The position numbers and the translations under genes were made by a program. DNA of 24,081 nucleotides, taken from positions 1-24,081 of IMG/VR virus record IMGVR_UViG_3300008097_000018; one strand, written 5' to 3'. The stretch is from a virus. Taxonomy: Duplodnaviria; Caudoviricetes. A model generated the notes under the pieces. The model ran no database searches, had not been told where the DNA came from, and saw nothing but the letters and a program-made list of their open reading frames with translations. Shown one piece after another: positions 1 through 11,600 of this stretch. Each line of letters starts with the position of its first letter. The first letter of the stretch is position 1.

Positions 1-16
1 CAATCCCCCTTTTTTT
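1..16 (+). terminator. Probable 3' half of a Rho-independent terminator from the upstream transcription unit
   Basis: The window begins CAATCCCCC followed by T7 (10..16), i.e. a C-rich stem arm and a U-tract. The 5' arm lies outside the window, so the hairpin cannot be confirmed. Confidence 0.45.
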
Positions 17-20
17 ATTG

Positions 21-27
21 TTAAATA
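21..27 (+). promoter_or_regulatory. Possible T4-type late promoter (TTAAATA) for the small ORF
   Basis: TAAATA core at 22..27, just after the U-tract and 19 nt before the ATG at 47. This matches the spacing of the motifs before gp25 and gp8. The hexamer alone is common in AT-rich DNA. Confidence 0.5.
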
Positions 28-46
28 GTAAAAACATACTAAAATT

Positions 47-193
47 ATGGAAAACTCCAAGAAAAAGATGCTAAGAGAGGTTTCAAACGACCATCTTACC
101 CCTAAAAAACGTGATGATTTAGTACAAAGTGAAATTTTTGGAGATTTTGAAGAAGATGATCTTGAATATGACGATCAAACTATGATTATTTGA
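47..193 (+). CDS. Small hypothetical phage protein, 48 aa (MENSKKKMLREVSNDHLTPKKRDDLVQSEIFGDFEEDDLEYDDQTMII)
   Basis: Hand-translated ATG(47)..TGA(193). It fills the gap between two late-promoter motifs, is on the same strand as the operon, and is shorter than any ORF in the track. Confidence 0.75.
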   Translation: MENSKKKMLREVSNDHLTPKKRDDLVQSEIFGDFEEDDLEYDDQTMII

Positions 194-212
194 AACAATA
201 GTTTGTAATCCT

Positions 213-221
213 TAATAAATA
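213..221 (+). promoter_or_regulatory. T4-type (gp55-dependent) late promoter, TAATAAATA
   Basis: Intergenic TTAATAAATAAA (212..223); the TAATAAATA core ends 21 nt before the gp25 GTG. The identical 12-mer occurs upstream of gp8. It matches the T4 TATAAATA / cyanophage ATAAATA late consensus. Confidence 0.8.
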
Positions 222-242
222 AACAATAATCGCCGTATTAGT

Positions 243-644
243 GTGCCAATAGAACGGGTCAGTCAAGGTTTTAAAGACATAAGTATGACATTTCAGTCTA
301 ATCCACTGAATGATGACCTTATTGCGATCAAAAATGAGAACGCAATTGCCCGTTCTTTGCGAAATATTGTTTTTACAACACCTGGAGAGAAGTTCTTTAA
401 CCAATCTTTTGGTTCAAGGATTACAGAATCTCTTTTTGAGAACATAGATGAGATTACTGCTACTATTATTGTTGATGAAATTCGTCAATCAATTGATAAT
501 TACGAACCAAGAGTAGAAGTAGATGATGTAAAAGCATTTCCTGACTATGAAAACAACAGTTTTGATGTAACTATTACATATGATGTGATTGGATCAGAGA
601 TTCCAACACAAGAATTACAGTTTGTTTTGCAATCTAGTAGATAA
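243..644 (+). CDS. gp25: Baseplate wedge subunit gp25 (GPW/gp25 family, sheath initiator)
   Basis: 133 aa, GTG start. Motifs FKDISMTF, AIARSLRNIVFTTPGEKFF..FGS and IDNYEPRVEV are typical of the gp25 family. It lies directly upstream of gp6, as in T4-like cyanophages. Confidence 0.93.
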   Translation: MPIERVSQGFKDISMTFQSNPLNDDLIAIKNENAIARSLRNIVFTTPGEKFFNQSFGSRITESLFENIDEITATIIVDEIRQSIDNYEPRVEVDDVKAFPDYENNSFDVTITYDVIGSEIPTQELQFVLQSSR

Positions 645-646
645 AG

Positions 647-2680
647 ATGCCATTAGCCAATTTTTCTAACTTGGATTTTGACCAAGTTAAGTCAACTTTA
701 CAAGAATATCTTAAATCCAACTCGAATTTTACGGATTATGACTTCGAGGGATCTAACCTGTCAACAATTTTAGACGTTTTAGCATATAATACCTACATTA
801 CTTCATACAATGCCAACATGGTGACGAATGAAGTATTCATTGATACTGCGACTTTAAGAAAAAACATCGTTTCACTGGCAAGAAACATAGGTTATACACC
901 ACGTCCAAGGCAAGCAGCAAGGGCAACAGTGTCTTTCTTCATTGATACTAGTGGAATTACCCCTGCACCTGCTTCTTTGACTCTTAAGAAGGGTCCAGTG
1001 GCAGCATCCAGTGGTGCATTTGGTGGACAATCCTTTATTTTTTCAATTTTGAGTGATATTACTGTTCCTGTCTTAGACGGAATTGCAACTTTTGATGATG
1101 TTGAAGTTTATGAAGGAACTTTATTAACTCAAACTTACACATATTCAGCAAGAATACCAAATCAGAAATTTATTTTACCAAATATTGGTGTTGATACTGA
1201 TTTAATTGCAGTTTCAGTAAAACCAACTGAAGCTTCTGCGACAGAAACAAAATATAGTTCACAAGATAGTCTTTTTGACGTAAAATCAGACTCTAAAGTC
1301 TATTTTTTACAAGAAATTGAAGATGAAAGATATGAAATATTTTTTGGAGATGGAATTTTTGGAAAAGCACTCGAAGATGGCAATTTTATCACAATTAATT
1401 ACATAACTTCTAATGGTGATGCTGCAAATGGAGTAAGTTCTTTCAATTTTTCAGGAAGAATTCAATATACACGTAATGCAAACACTTATAATGTTACAAC
1501 TGGCATTTCTTTGCTTACAACTGGCATAATTGCTTCTGGTGGAGAAACAATTGAGTCTGTAGAGTCGGTTAGAAAGTTTGCTCCACGAATTTATGCATCT
1601 CAAAATAGAGCAATTACCGCAAATGACTATGAATCACTAATTCCAGCAAAAATTTACCCTGAAACAGAGTCAATTTCCGTTTTTGGAGGTGAAGATCTTG
1701 TTCCACCCCAATTTGGAAAGGTATTTATTAGTATAAAACCAAAAACTGGTGATTTTCTTCCAAATTTAGTCAAAGAACAGTTAAAATTAAAATTAAAGAA
1801 GTATGCAGTAGCAGGAATTGTCCCTGAAATACTTGATTTGAAGTATCTCTACCTCGAAGCAGATTCAAAAATATATTTTAACTCAAATCTTGCAGAATCG
1901 GCAGAATCTGTTTCTAGTATTATTCAAAATAATGCTAATAAGTATGCAGAGTCAACAGAGATGAATAAGTATGGTGCCAGGTTTAAATATAGTAAGTTTT
2001 TATCTCTTATTGATAATAGTAACGAATCTGTAACTTCTAATATTACAACAATCAATATGAGAAGGGATTTAAGAGTTGTATTGAATTCTTTTGCAGAATA
2101 TTCAATTGGTTTTGGTAATGAATTTTATATTAAAAGAATGAGTGGATATAATATCAAATCATCTGCATTTAGAATTGCAGGAATATTAGATGATGTTTAT
2201 ATTGCAGATGTTCCTAATACAAATAAATTAAATGGATCTTTATTCTTATTTTCTGTTCCTTCAATAGATTCGCAGTCCCCAACCATTGTTAGAAGAAATG
2301 TTGGAACAATTGATTATAAAAAAGGAGTTGTTACTCTCAATCCAATCAATGTTCAATCTGGAATGCTTAAAGATGGACAAACTGTTATTGAAATATCAGC
2401 ATGTCCTCTTTCTAATGATGTTATTGGATTACAGGATCTTTATTTGCAACTAGATATTAATAACAGTAATTTTGAAATGGTTGTTGATGAAATTTCTTCT
2501 GGATTAGATCCTTCTGGTTCTAATTACGTTACTTCTTCAAGTTATGCGAATGGTAGTTTAGTTCGTGCTGGTGGACGTAATGTTGCTACAACAGGAGGAT
2601 CTGCTATAGCCCCTACTGCAACCACGACTACCACATCTACATCTACGACAAGTCCCACAACCTCTGGTTCAACCTACTAA
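647..2680 (+). CDS. gp6: Baseplate wedge subunit gp6
   Basis: 677 aa. FTDYDFEGSNLSTILDVLAYNT, SLARNIGYTPR, YEIFFGDG, ES.ESVRKFAPR..ASQNRAITANDY and GKVFISIKP are hallmark T4 gp6/baseplate-J motifs. Confidence 0.96.
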   Translation: MPLANFSNLDFDQVKSTLQEYLKSNSNFTDYDFEGSNLSTILDVLAYNTYITSYNANMVTNEVFIDTATLRKNIVSLARNIGYTPRPRQAARATVSFFIDTSGITPAPASLTLKKGPVAASSGAFGGQSFIFSILSDITVPVLDGIATFDDVEVYEGTLLTQTYTYSARIPNQKFILPNIGVDTDLIAVSVKPTEASATETKYSSQDSLFDVKSDSKVYFLQEIEDERYEIFFGDGIFGKALEDGNFITINYITSNGDAANGVSSFNFSGRIQYTRNANTYNVTTGISLLTTGIIASGGETIESVESVRKFAPRIYASQNRAITANDYESLIPAKIYPETESISVFGGEDLVPPQFGKVFISIKPKTGDFLPNLVKEQLKLKLKKYAVAGIVPEILDLKYLYLEADSKIYFNSNLAESAESVSSIIQNNANKYAESTEMNKYGARFKYSKFLSLIDNSNESVTSNITTINMRRDLRVVLNSFAEYSIGFGNEFYIKRMSGYNIKSSAFRIAGILDDVYIADVPNTNKLNGSLFLFSVPSIDSQSPTIVRRNVGTIDYKKGVVTLNPINVQSGMLKDGQTVIEISACPLSNDVIGLQDLYLQLDINNSNFEMVVDEISSGLDPSGSNYVTSSSYANGSLVRAGGRNVATTGGSAIAPTATTTTTSTSTTSPTTSGSTY

Positions 2681-2697
2681 GATAGAAAAACTATAAA

Positions 2698-5600
2698 ATG
2701 TCTAAAAAAAGAATTCAGTTTAATAACGTCGTTCAAAATCAGCTTCCAGGATATGTAAGATCCGACTATCCATTGGTTGCTGAGTTTTTAAAGTCATATT
2801 ATCAAGGACAGGAATATCAAGGTGGGCCAATTGACTTGGTTCAGAATATTGATGAATATACAAAAGTTAGTGAACAGGTTGGTCTTACTGAACATGTTGG
2901 ATTAGGTGCTTCTATAGGTATTGTTAATGATACGATTGAAGTTGATATGAAAGAAAATCCTACAGGAACTTTGGGATTTCCAGATTCTTATGGTCTATTG
3001 AAAATTAATAATGAAATTATTACTTATACTGGAATAACTACTTTTGCTTTTACTGGTTGTGTTAGAGGATTTGTTGGTGTTAGTTCATATCAAAATGATA
3101 CTAATCCTGAAGAATTAGTATTTGAATCTACATCTGCAGAAGAACATAGCAAAGGTGATTCTATACAAAATTTAAGTTCTTTATTTCTTAAAGAATTTTT
3201 AGTTAAAACTAAGCACCAACTTGCTCCTGGATTTGAATCAAGAAAATTATCTTCAGATCTAGACCAAAATATTTTTATAAAACAGTCAAAAGATTTTTAC
3301 TTAAGTAAAGGTACTGATAGAGGTTTTGAAATTCTATTTAAAGCTTTATATAATGAAAATGTAAAAATTATAAGACCATCTGAATTTCTTTTTACACCAT
3401 CTAATGCAAATTATAAAATAACAAGAGATTTTGTTGTAGAACCAATTTCTGGTGATCCAATGAATCTTGAATTATCTACATTATATCAAGATACATATCA
3501 AGATCGTAATATTGATAAAGCTTATGCCCCTATAACTCACGTTGAACCTATCAATGTTAGTGCTGGAACTACATTTTATAAGTTAAGTATTGATGCAGGA
3601 TATAATAGAGATTCTAGAGTAGAAGGTTCAACATATGGAACTTTTGTAACACCTCCTAGAACAAGAGTGATTGGAGAGGTTGGTGTAGGTATCACTGTTG
3701 TTGATGTAGACTCTACAGTTGGATTTGGATCAACTGGAGAATTGCATTTTAAATATATTGACAATACTACAGGAGTAAGTTCATATACATCAAAAAGTTT
3801 AACTCAATTCTTCGGACTTAGTGGAATTGGAAAAACTATTTTAAGTGGTGAAACTATTGGTATTAATACCTTTGCATATGGAAGATCTGTTTTAGATTTT
3901 GATGATACAATTGAAGTAAGAATTACATCAGTTATAGACAGTGTTGATTATGAGAATACAAATTGCCTTTTTGAAGAAGGCGATACTATAAAGATAAAAA
4001 CTTTAGGAATTGGTGATACTGGATATAAAGTAAAAGAATGGTTCTATAATGTTTCTCCTGTATATCAAGTTGATAGTATTGTTCTTAAAGATTCATCAGA
4101 TTTTACTTATGAAATAACTTTAACCACTGATCATGATTTTAAAGTAGGAGATAAGTCTGTTGCTATTTTAGTTGGTAGTGATGGTAGAAATTTACCAGTA
4201 TCTGATATAACACAATTAACATCTGCAAGATCATTTGTTATTAAAGGGCAAGGTCTAATCAATGAAGATTTAGATTATACTATAGAAAGGCAAATTCTAA
4301 AAACAAATGCTATAAATTTTCCAGAGGCATCTGCGTATGCTACAAATATACAAAATGTATATAAAGAAAAAAATAGTGAAAAATTACTTATAGCATCTCC
4401 ATCTATTCCAACATATGGTTCTCAATCACTTGGTGTTAATGATGGGAAAATTGTTTTTAGTGGAAGTTTTAGTGGTGATGAATATGAAGTTATAACGAAT
4501 GCATCAACAAGTCCATCTGGAGTTCCTATCTTTGATCATGGATTCTATACTGGTGATGCAATTTATTATACACCACAAATAATCAATAATGCTTATGTAG
4601 ATCCTACTAGTGGAACTTCTATCGACAATTTTGTTGTTAAATCATCTTTGATGGATGAAGGTCTTTATTTTGTAAAGAGAGTAAATGAAACAACACTTAA
4701 ATTTGCAAAAAGTGGTTCAGATCTTTATAATGAAAAGTTTGTTACTCAAGAGCAAGTTGGTATTGTAACTGATAATAAAATATCTCCATTTAAATTTAAT
4801 AATAAAACTCTAACCTCACAAAAATTAGTAAGAGAAGTATGTCCACCAGATAATACAGGAACTGTATATGAAACCACACCTGGTCATACTGGTATATTGG
4901 TAAATGGTGTAGAAATTCTAAATTACAAATCCTTTGATCAGGTTCATTATGGGGAACTTAAAGGTATAGATGTTCTTGCAGGTGGAAAAGATTTTGATAT
5001 AATTAATCCACCATTCTTACATATCAAAGATTCTGTTGGAACAGGAGCTACTGGATATGTTGCTGTATCTGGAGAGTTAAAAGGTGTTAGAATTATTGAT
5101 CCTGGATTTGATTATCAATCAAAACCAACCATAAAAATTGCTGGTGGTAATGGATCAGGAGCTGATGTTTCTGTAAACATGCAATCTGTAGAACATTCAG
5201 TTTCTTTTGAATCTGATTCTCCTAGAGTTATTCTTAATACAAGTTCAAGTTTACCTTCTACAATTGGATTTACCACTTATCACAAATTAAAAAATGCAGA
5301 AGAAGTAATATATGTTACAGACAATCAAGAAGTTGTTGGTGGATTAACTACTAGTTCAACTTACTTTGCTGCAGTTGTTGGTAGTGGTGGAACAACTATC
5401 AGACTTCATAAAGATGAAGCGGGAGCTCTTGCAGGTATTAATACAATCGCATTAACATCTAGAGGAGTAGGAAAACATTTTATAAAATCTATTAATAAAA
5501 AATCTATAGTTGAATCTATTAACATAATTTCAGGTGGAAGTGAATATCAAAATAAAAAAAGAACTACTACATCTGCAGGTATAGATACATCTTCAAATTG

Positions 5601-8600
5601 TATTAATATTAAAAATCATGATTACCAATCTGGAGAAATTGTCAAATATACCACTAATGGAACACCCATAGCAGGTCTTACAACTGATACTGATTTTTAT
5701 GTTACTAAAAAAGATGATGATAGTTTTTATCTATCAAGTGTTGGAGTAGGAACTACTACTAGTGATTTTTATTACAAAACTAAACAATATAGATCTCTTA
5801 CATCTATTGGAGTAGGAACCCATACTTTTAATTATCAAGATATTACTGTAAGTATTACAGGAGATGTTGGAATATCTTCAGTAGGATCTGATACTTTTGA
5901 ATTAAAGGTTCAACCCATATTTAGAGGTGAAATAACATCAGTTCATTTATCAAATAATGGTGTCGGATATGGTGCATCTGAAATTATCAATTTTGTTAGA
6001 GAACCAGAAGTAACTCTATTATCTGGGTCTAACGCACAATTGACTCCTATCATTAGTGGTGGAAAAATTATTGAAGTTATTGTTGAAAATAAAGGTAGTA
6101 ATTATAATTCACCTCCAAATTTACAAATAAATGGAAGTGGTTCAGGTGCTGTAATAACTCCTATTTTAAAGGTAGTAGATCTTAATGGAAATGCTTCATC
6201 GGTTGGTATAGGAACAACTGTTAATTATGTTTTAGATACTGTTAATATAATACATCAGGGAGCTGGATATGATACATCAACTACTTCTATTGATGTTATA
6301 AATTCTGGATCTGATAGTAAATTACGTTCCCATATTCAAAAATGGAATGTTAATTTATTTGAAAAATATTATCAAACTCAACAAATTACCGATGATGATG
6401 GAATTATAAAAGATGGTAATATTGGACTACAATACAATCATTTATATGCTCCTAGAAAATTAAGACAAACTGTTTATGCAACTAATCAAGAAGGTGAATC
6501 TTTATATGGTGAACCAGATCTAAAAAAAGTTAATGGTCAAGAAACTCAATCGGACAATCACTCTCCTATTATTGGTTGGGCATATGATGGCAATCCAATA
6601 TATGGACCTTATGGGTATATGAAGAAAGAAGGTGGAACTGTAACTCAGATGAAATCTGGTTATGTAGAAGAAGCTTCAATTAAGGAAAATAGACCACCAT
6701 TAAGTGTTTTTCCTGCAGGATTTTTCTGTGATGATTTTACATATAAAAAAGTAAGTGATGAAACTATTCTGGATGAAAATAATGGAAGATTTTGTGTAAC
6801 TCCACAATTCCCAAGTGGAACTTATGCATACTTTGCAACAATAGATGATTCTGGTTCAGAACAGGGTGGACAATTCAATACATTTAAATTACCAGTATAT
6901 CCATATCTTATTGGTCAAAATTATTATTCAACCCCAAATGATTTTAATTTATTAACAACTTCAAATCAAGATGATTATAATTTAGAAAATAGTAAATGGT
7001 GTAGAAATACCACTCCTTACAATTTAATCTATAATGATAAAGCATATTACCCATATATGCCCCTTCCAGATAACTTATCCCAAACTATTGATGTTTCAGG
7101 GACAAAACCTGGTTCTTTGGAAAGTATTGGAATCGAAACAGGTGGAAAGAATTATCAAGTTGGTGATAAAGTAGTTTTTAATAATACTGGTAGTAGAGGC
7201 ATTGGTGCAGCTGCTAAAGTATCAAGACTTCTTGGTAAATCAGTAAGTAGTGTAAGTGCTGCTACTAGTAGTATAACCAATGTAGAAATATATCCTTCAA
7301 GTCAAAAGGGAATTTATAGTATTGTTTCTACAGAACCTCATGAATGGGTTAATCGTGATATTATTACAGTTACTGGATTATCAACAACTTCTTCAGAAAT
7401 TGGTGGTGTTTATAATGCTGGAATAACTTCTACCAAACTTAATGTAACTGGATTGGGAACCACTGCTGTTGCCATTGGAACTGATGGTGCTACAGGTATA
7501 GTAACTCATATTGATGTTCGTGGAGATTTATCAAAACTTCAATCTAATGATATTCTTGGAATTGGAACAGAAACTTTAAAATTATTAAACGTAGAGCCTC
7601 TTCTTTCTAGAATTAGAGTTCTAAGAGCTTTTAATGGAGTTACAGGAGTTTCTCATACAGTAACCTCTGAAATTCTTGAAGATCCTAGAAGACTTACTAT
7701 TAATTCAGGATTTACTTCTGAATATGAATATAGAGTAAACAATCAAATTTATTTTAATCCTGCTGATTCAGTTGGTTTAGGAACAAGGTCTGGAGTTGGT
7801 ATTGGAACTACAATTGCATTTAGTAATCCTGGAATTGGTATAACTCAGAAGTTTATTCAAACAAAAGCAATTTATCTCCCTGATCATGGATTGAAGACTG
7901 GTGATAAATTGACATATTCTCCTAATCAAGGAGAAGGTCTTAATATTAGGTGGGATGGATCAGACGCTGTTTATACAGGTATTAATACATTAACAAATGG
8001 TCAAACACTTTATGCTGCTGCCATTACTGAAGACTTAATAGGCATATCCACTGTTAAGGTTGGTTTAGGTAGTACAGGTACTTTTGTAGGCATTGCAAGC
8101 ACACAGAGGGGTAGTACAACAGTATTCTTCTCTGGTTTGGGTACTGGTGTCTATCATAGCTTTAAGACTAATTATGACGTTATTACTGGAGAAATACGTA
8201 AAGTCACTGCTACAGTTTCTACAGGTGAAACGCATGGTTTGTTAAACTATGAAAATGTTTACATGGATGTTGTTTCAGGTCTTACAACAACAGTTATTGT
8301 TAAGTATAATGATTATAATAGAAGGATGGTAATTGATCCAAAATCATTTACTGCTTCTGGAGTTAATACTACATCAAATTCATTTACGATTAATGATCAT
8401 GGTTATGAAACTGGTGATAAGATTATTCATACAGCATCCACTCCTGCTGGTGGTTTGGATGATAATGGAATTTACTATATTGTTAAAGTTGATACAGATA
8501 GTTTTAAATTAACTAATACAGATTATGATGCTAATGAACCAAAACCAGATGTAATAGGAATTACTAGTACTTCTGCAGGAACAATAAATCCAATTAATCC

Positions 8601-11600
8601 ACGAATAAAAGTATATAAAAACTCTAGGGTTGAGTTTGATCTTTCTGATGCTTCTTTAGGATATGTTGCACAATCAACAAATTATCCAGCATTTGTAATG
8701 AATTTATATAGTGATAAAAATTTAACAAAACAATGGAATACATCTCCAGAATCTACAACTTTCAATTTTACAAGAAATGGAACTGCAGGTGTATCCACTG
8801 ACGCTAAAGTTACTTTATCTGTTACTAAAGATATTCCAGAAACACTTTATTATAAATTAGATCCTGTATTTGAAAGCACATTACCAATTATCAAAAAGGA
8901 GATAATTTCTGATACAGGTGTTTTATCTGGAAATGAAATACAACTTGTAGATAGTGAGTACAATGGAAAACAATCAATAACAGTAGGTTCTACTAATCAA
9001 TTCTCATATACTTTAAGAAAATCTCCCGAAAGAACTTCTTATGGAACTACATCATTTGTATCATATGAAACTGATAGTTCAACTGCATATGGTGCAATTG
9101 CAGATTTTAAAATAGGTAATCCTGGTAGAAATTACTATAATCTTCCTGGCATATCTACAATTAATAGTGAAGTTGGTAGTGGTGCAATTATTGAAGCATT
9201 GAGTACTTCAATAGGAAAGGTTAAAAATTTAAAGGTTAAAGATATTGGATATGATTTCCCATCAGATACTACATTAAAACCAGATTCTGCTTTACCCCAG
9301 ATTATTAAAATAGATGCTTTGATGTCTATTGAATCTATTGGAATAACTTCTTTTGGAAGAGGTTATATCTCTGCACCAGAGTTAATTCTTATTGATGGAA
9401 AAACTAATAAACCAGTTCTAGATGCTGATTTGAAATATACTTTAGGAAATCCTGAAGTAGAAATTTTAAAGAATACTAAAGGTATTAGTAATACAGAACC
9501 TACTATTATCACTGATAGGAATAGTAATGGTATTGGAATTGCTACTGTTGGATTTAATACTGAAAATTATGATGTAACAGTACAATTGTCTGTTGGATTT
9601 AGCACTGCTGATACATTCCCAATTGCAGTTGGTGATGAGGTCTTCATAGAAGGTGTTGGTGTAGGAGTTGGTACAACTGCACTTGGATATAATTCTGAAA
9701 ATTATAATTATAATCTCTTTACTATAACAGCAGTTGATGAAAACTATGGAGGAATTGGTACTGTTACATATAATCTTTCCAATTACTTTACTGGATTAGC
9801 TCCTGGTTTATCTGCAGGAACATTTGATTTTGTTAATTCTTCTGGAAGAATCGTTCCTAAGAAATTCATGCCCACATTTGATATTAAATTGACACCAAAT
9901 GATTTTTCACAAAATGAAGTAGTTACTGGATCTATCAGTAGTGCTAGAGGAAATGTTGAAAATTGGAATCCAAATACTGGTATTTTAAGAGTTTCTAATA
10001 CAGATGGGTTTATAGTTAATGATATTATAAAAGGATTATCCTCATCAACTCAAGGTCTTGCTTCATCTATAAAAACATTTGATTCATATATTAAACTAAA
10101 TGCAACTTCAAGAGTTGAGAAGGGATGGGAAACTGATTCTGGATTCTTCAATGCTCATATTCAGAGAATCCAAGATAGTGATTATTATCAAAATCTTTCT
10201 TACTCATTAAGTTCTAGAGTTGATATAGAAACATGGGATGATCCTGTTTCTACTTTAAATCATACATTAGGGTTTAAAAAATTCTCTGATTATCAATTAG
10301 AATCAACTTCTTCTGCTAGGGTTGGATTATCAACGGAATTGTCTGATGTTTCTGTGGTAAATGATCTTTATGGTATTGGTGATTTGAATTGTGTATATGA
10401 TTTTGATTTAGTATCTGAGAATGCTTTAGATATTACAGGAAGTGATGCTTTCTCTACAGAAATAACTTTCTCAAGTAGAATTTTAAAAGATTATTCTGAA
10501 TCCGTTGGAAATAGGGTAGTATCCATAGATGATTTTAGTGGTACTTTCAATAGTAACCCTAGAGCTACAAGATTTAGCACTATTAATAGATGGACATTAT
10601 CGGAAAGGAGAGCATTAAAATATATCACTTATGTAAGAGACAAGAGATTTGGTGCTCAAAGACAATTGATGATTGTTGATATTATTCATGATGATGTTCA
10701 AGGATATATTAACCAATATGGAAGAGTTGAGTCTGTATATGATCAAGGAGATTTTGATTTTGCTGTTTCTGGTAGTGAAGGTCAATTAAACTTCTATCCA
10801 GTAAAATATTCTGTTAATGATTATTTTGTTGCCACTCTTTCTTACAATCTTGATGATAATTTATTAAGCACTGGCAGCACTGTTATTGGTCCCTCTCTAA
10901 TTGATTCTGAAAGTGTAACAATAGGAACAGGAGTTGCATCTACAACAATTGTTGGTATTGCAAGCACTTATAGATCTGCAAAGGTTATTATTAATATTAA
11001 TCCAGATATTAGTGGTAAAGAACATGAATATAATCAATTGAACATTATTCATAATGATGATGAAGTTGATATAATGGAGTATGGAAGATTAACAACTGTT
11101 ACTACTCCAGAAGCAATTGGTGGATTAGGTACTTATCGTGGTTATATTGATGGTTCTACTTTAAAGGTAGATTTTATTCCTAATGCTAGTGTGGGTATAG
11201 GGACAACTGGTGTTATTAATACCATTGTTGTTGGTATGGCAGATTCTACTTCTACGGGTATTGGAACAGTTGATCTTAAACATGCAAGATTAGAATCTAG
11301 AACAACTGCAATTGATTCTTCATCATCTCCTGGAATTACAACTATCGGTGAATATCCTTCTGATTATGAAGCTGCTTATGGAACTATTCAAGTTACTGAT
11401 GCAACAAATCAAGTTTATTGTATGTTTGAGTATGCAGTAGTTACTGATTATGTGGATGGTTCTACAACAGAGACATATGATGTAGATTTTGCTAATGTTG
11501 CTTCTGGAGTTTCTCCAACTGGATTAGGAACATTTGGATCTAAAGTATCTTCTGCAGGAACTGTTTCATTACTTTTTACTCCTGTAGCAAGCATTAATGC

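Noticed and set aside
186-404. Minus-strand 72-aa ORF
   Set aside because: Antisense to gp25 and its promoter, with no recognisable motif; a shadow ORF.
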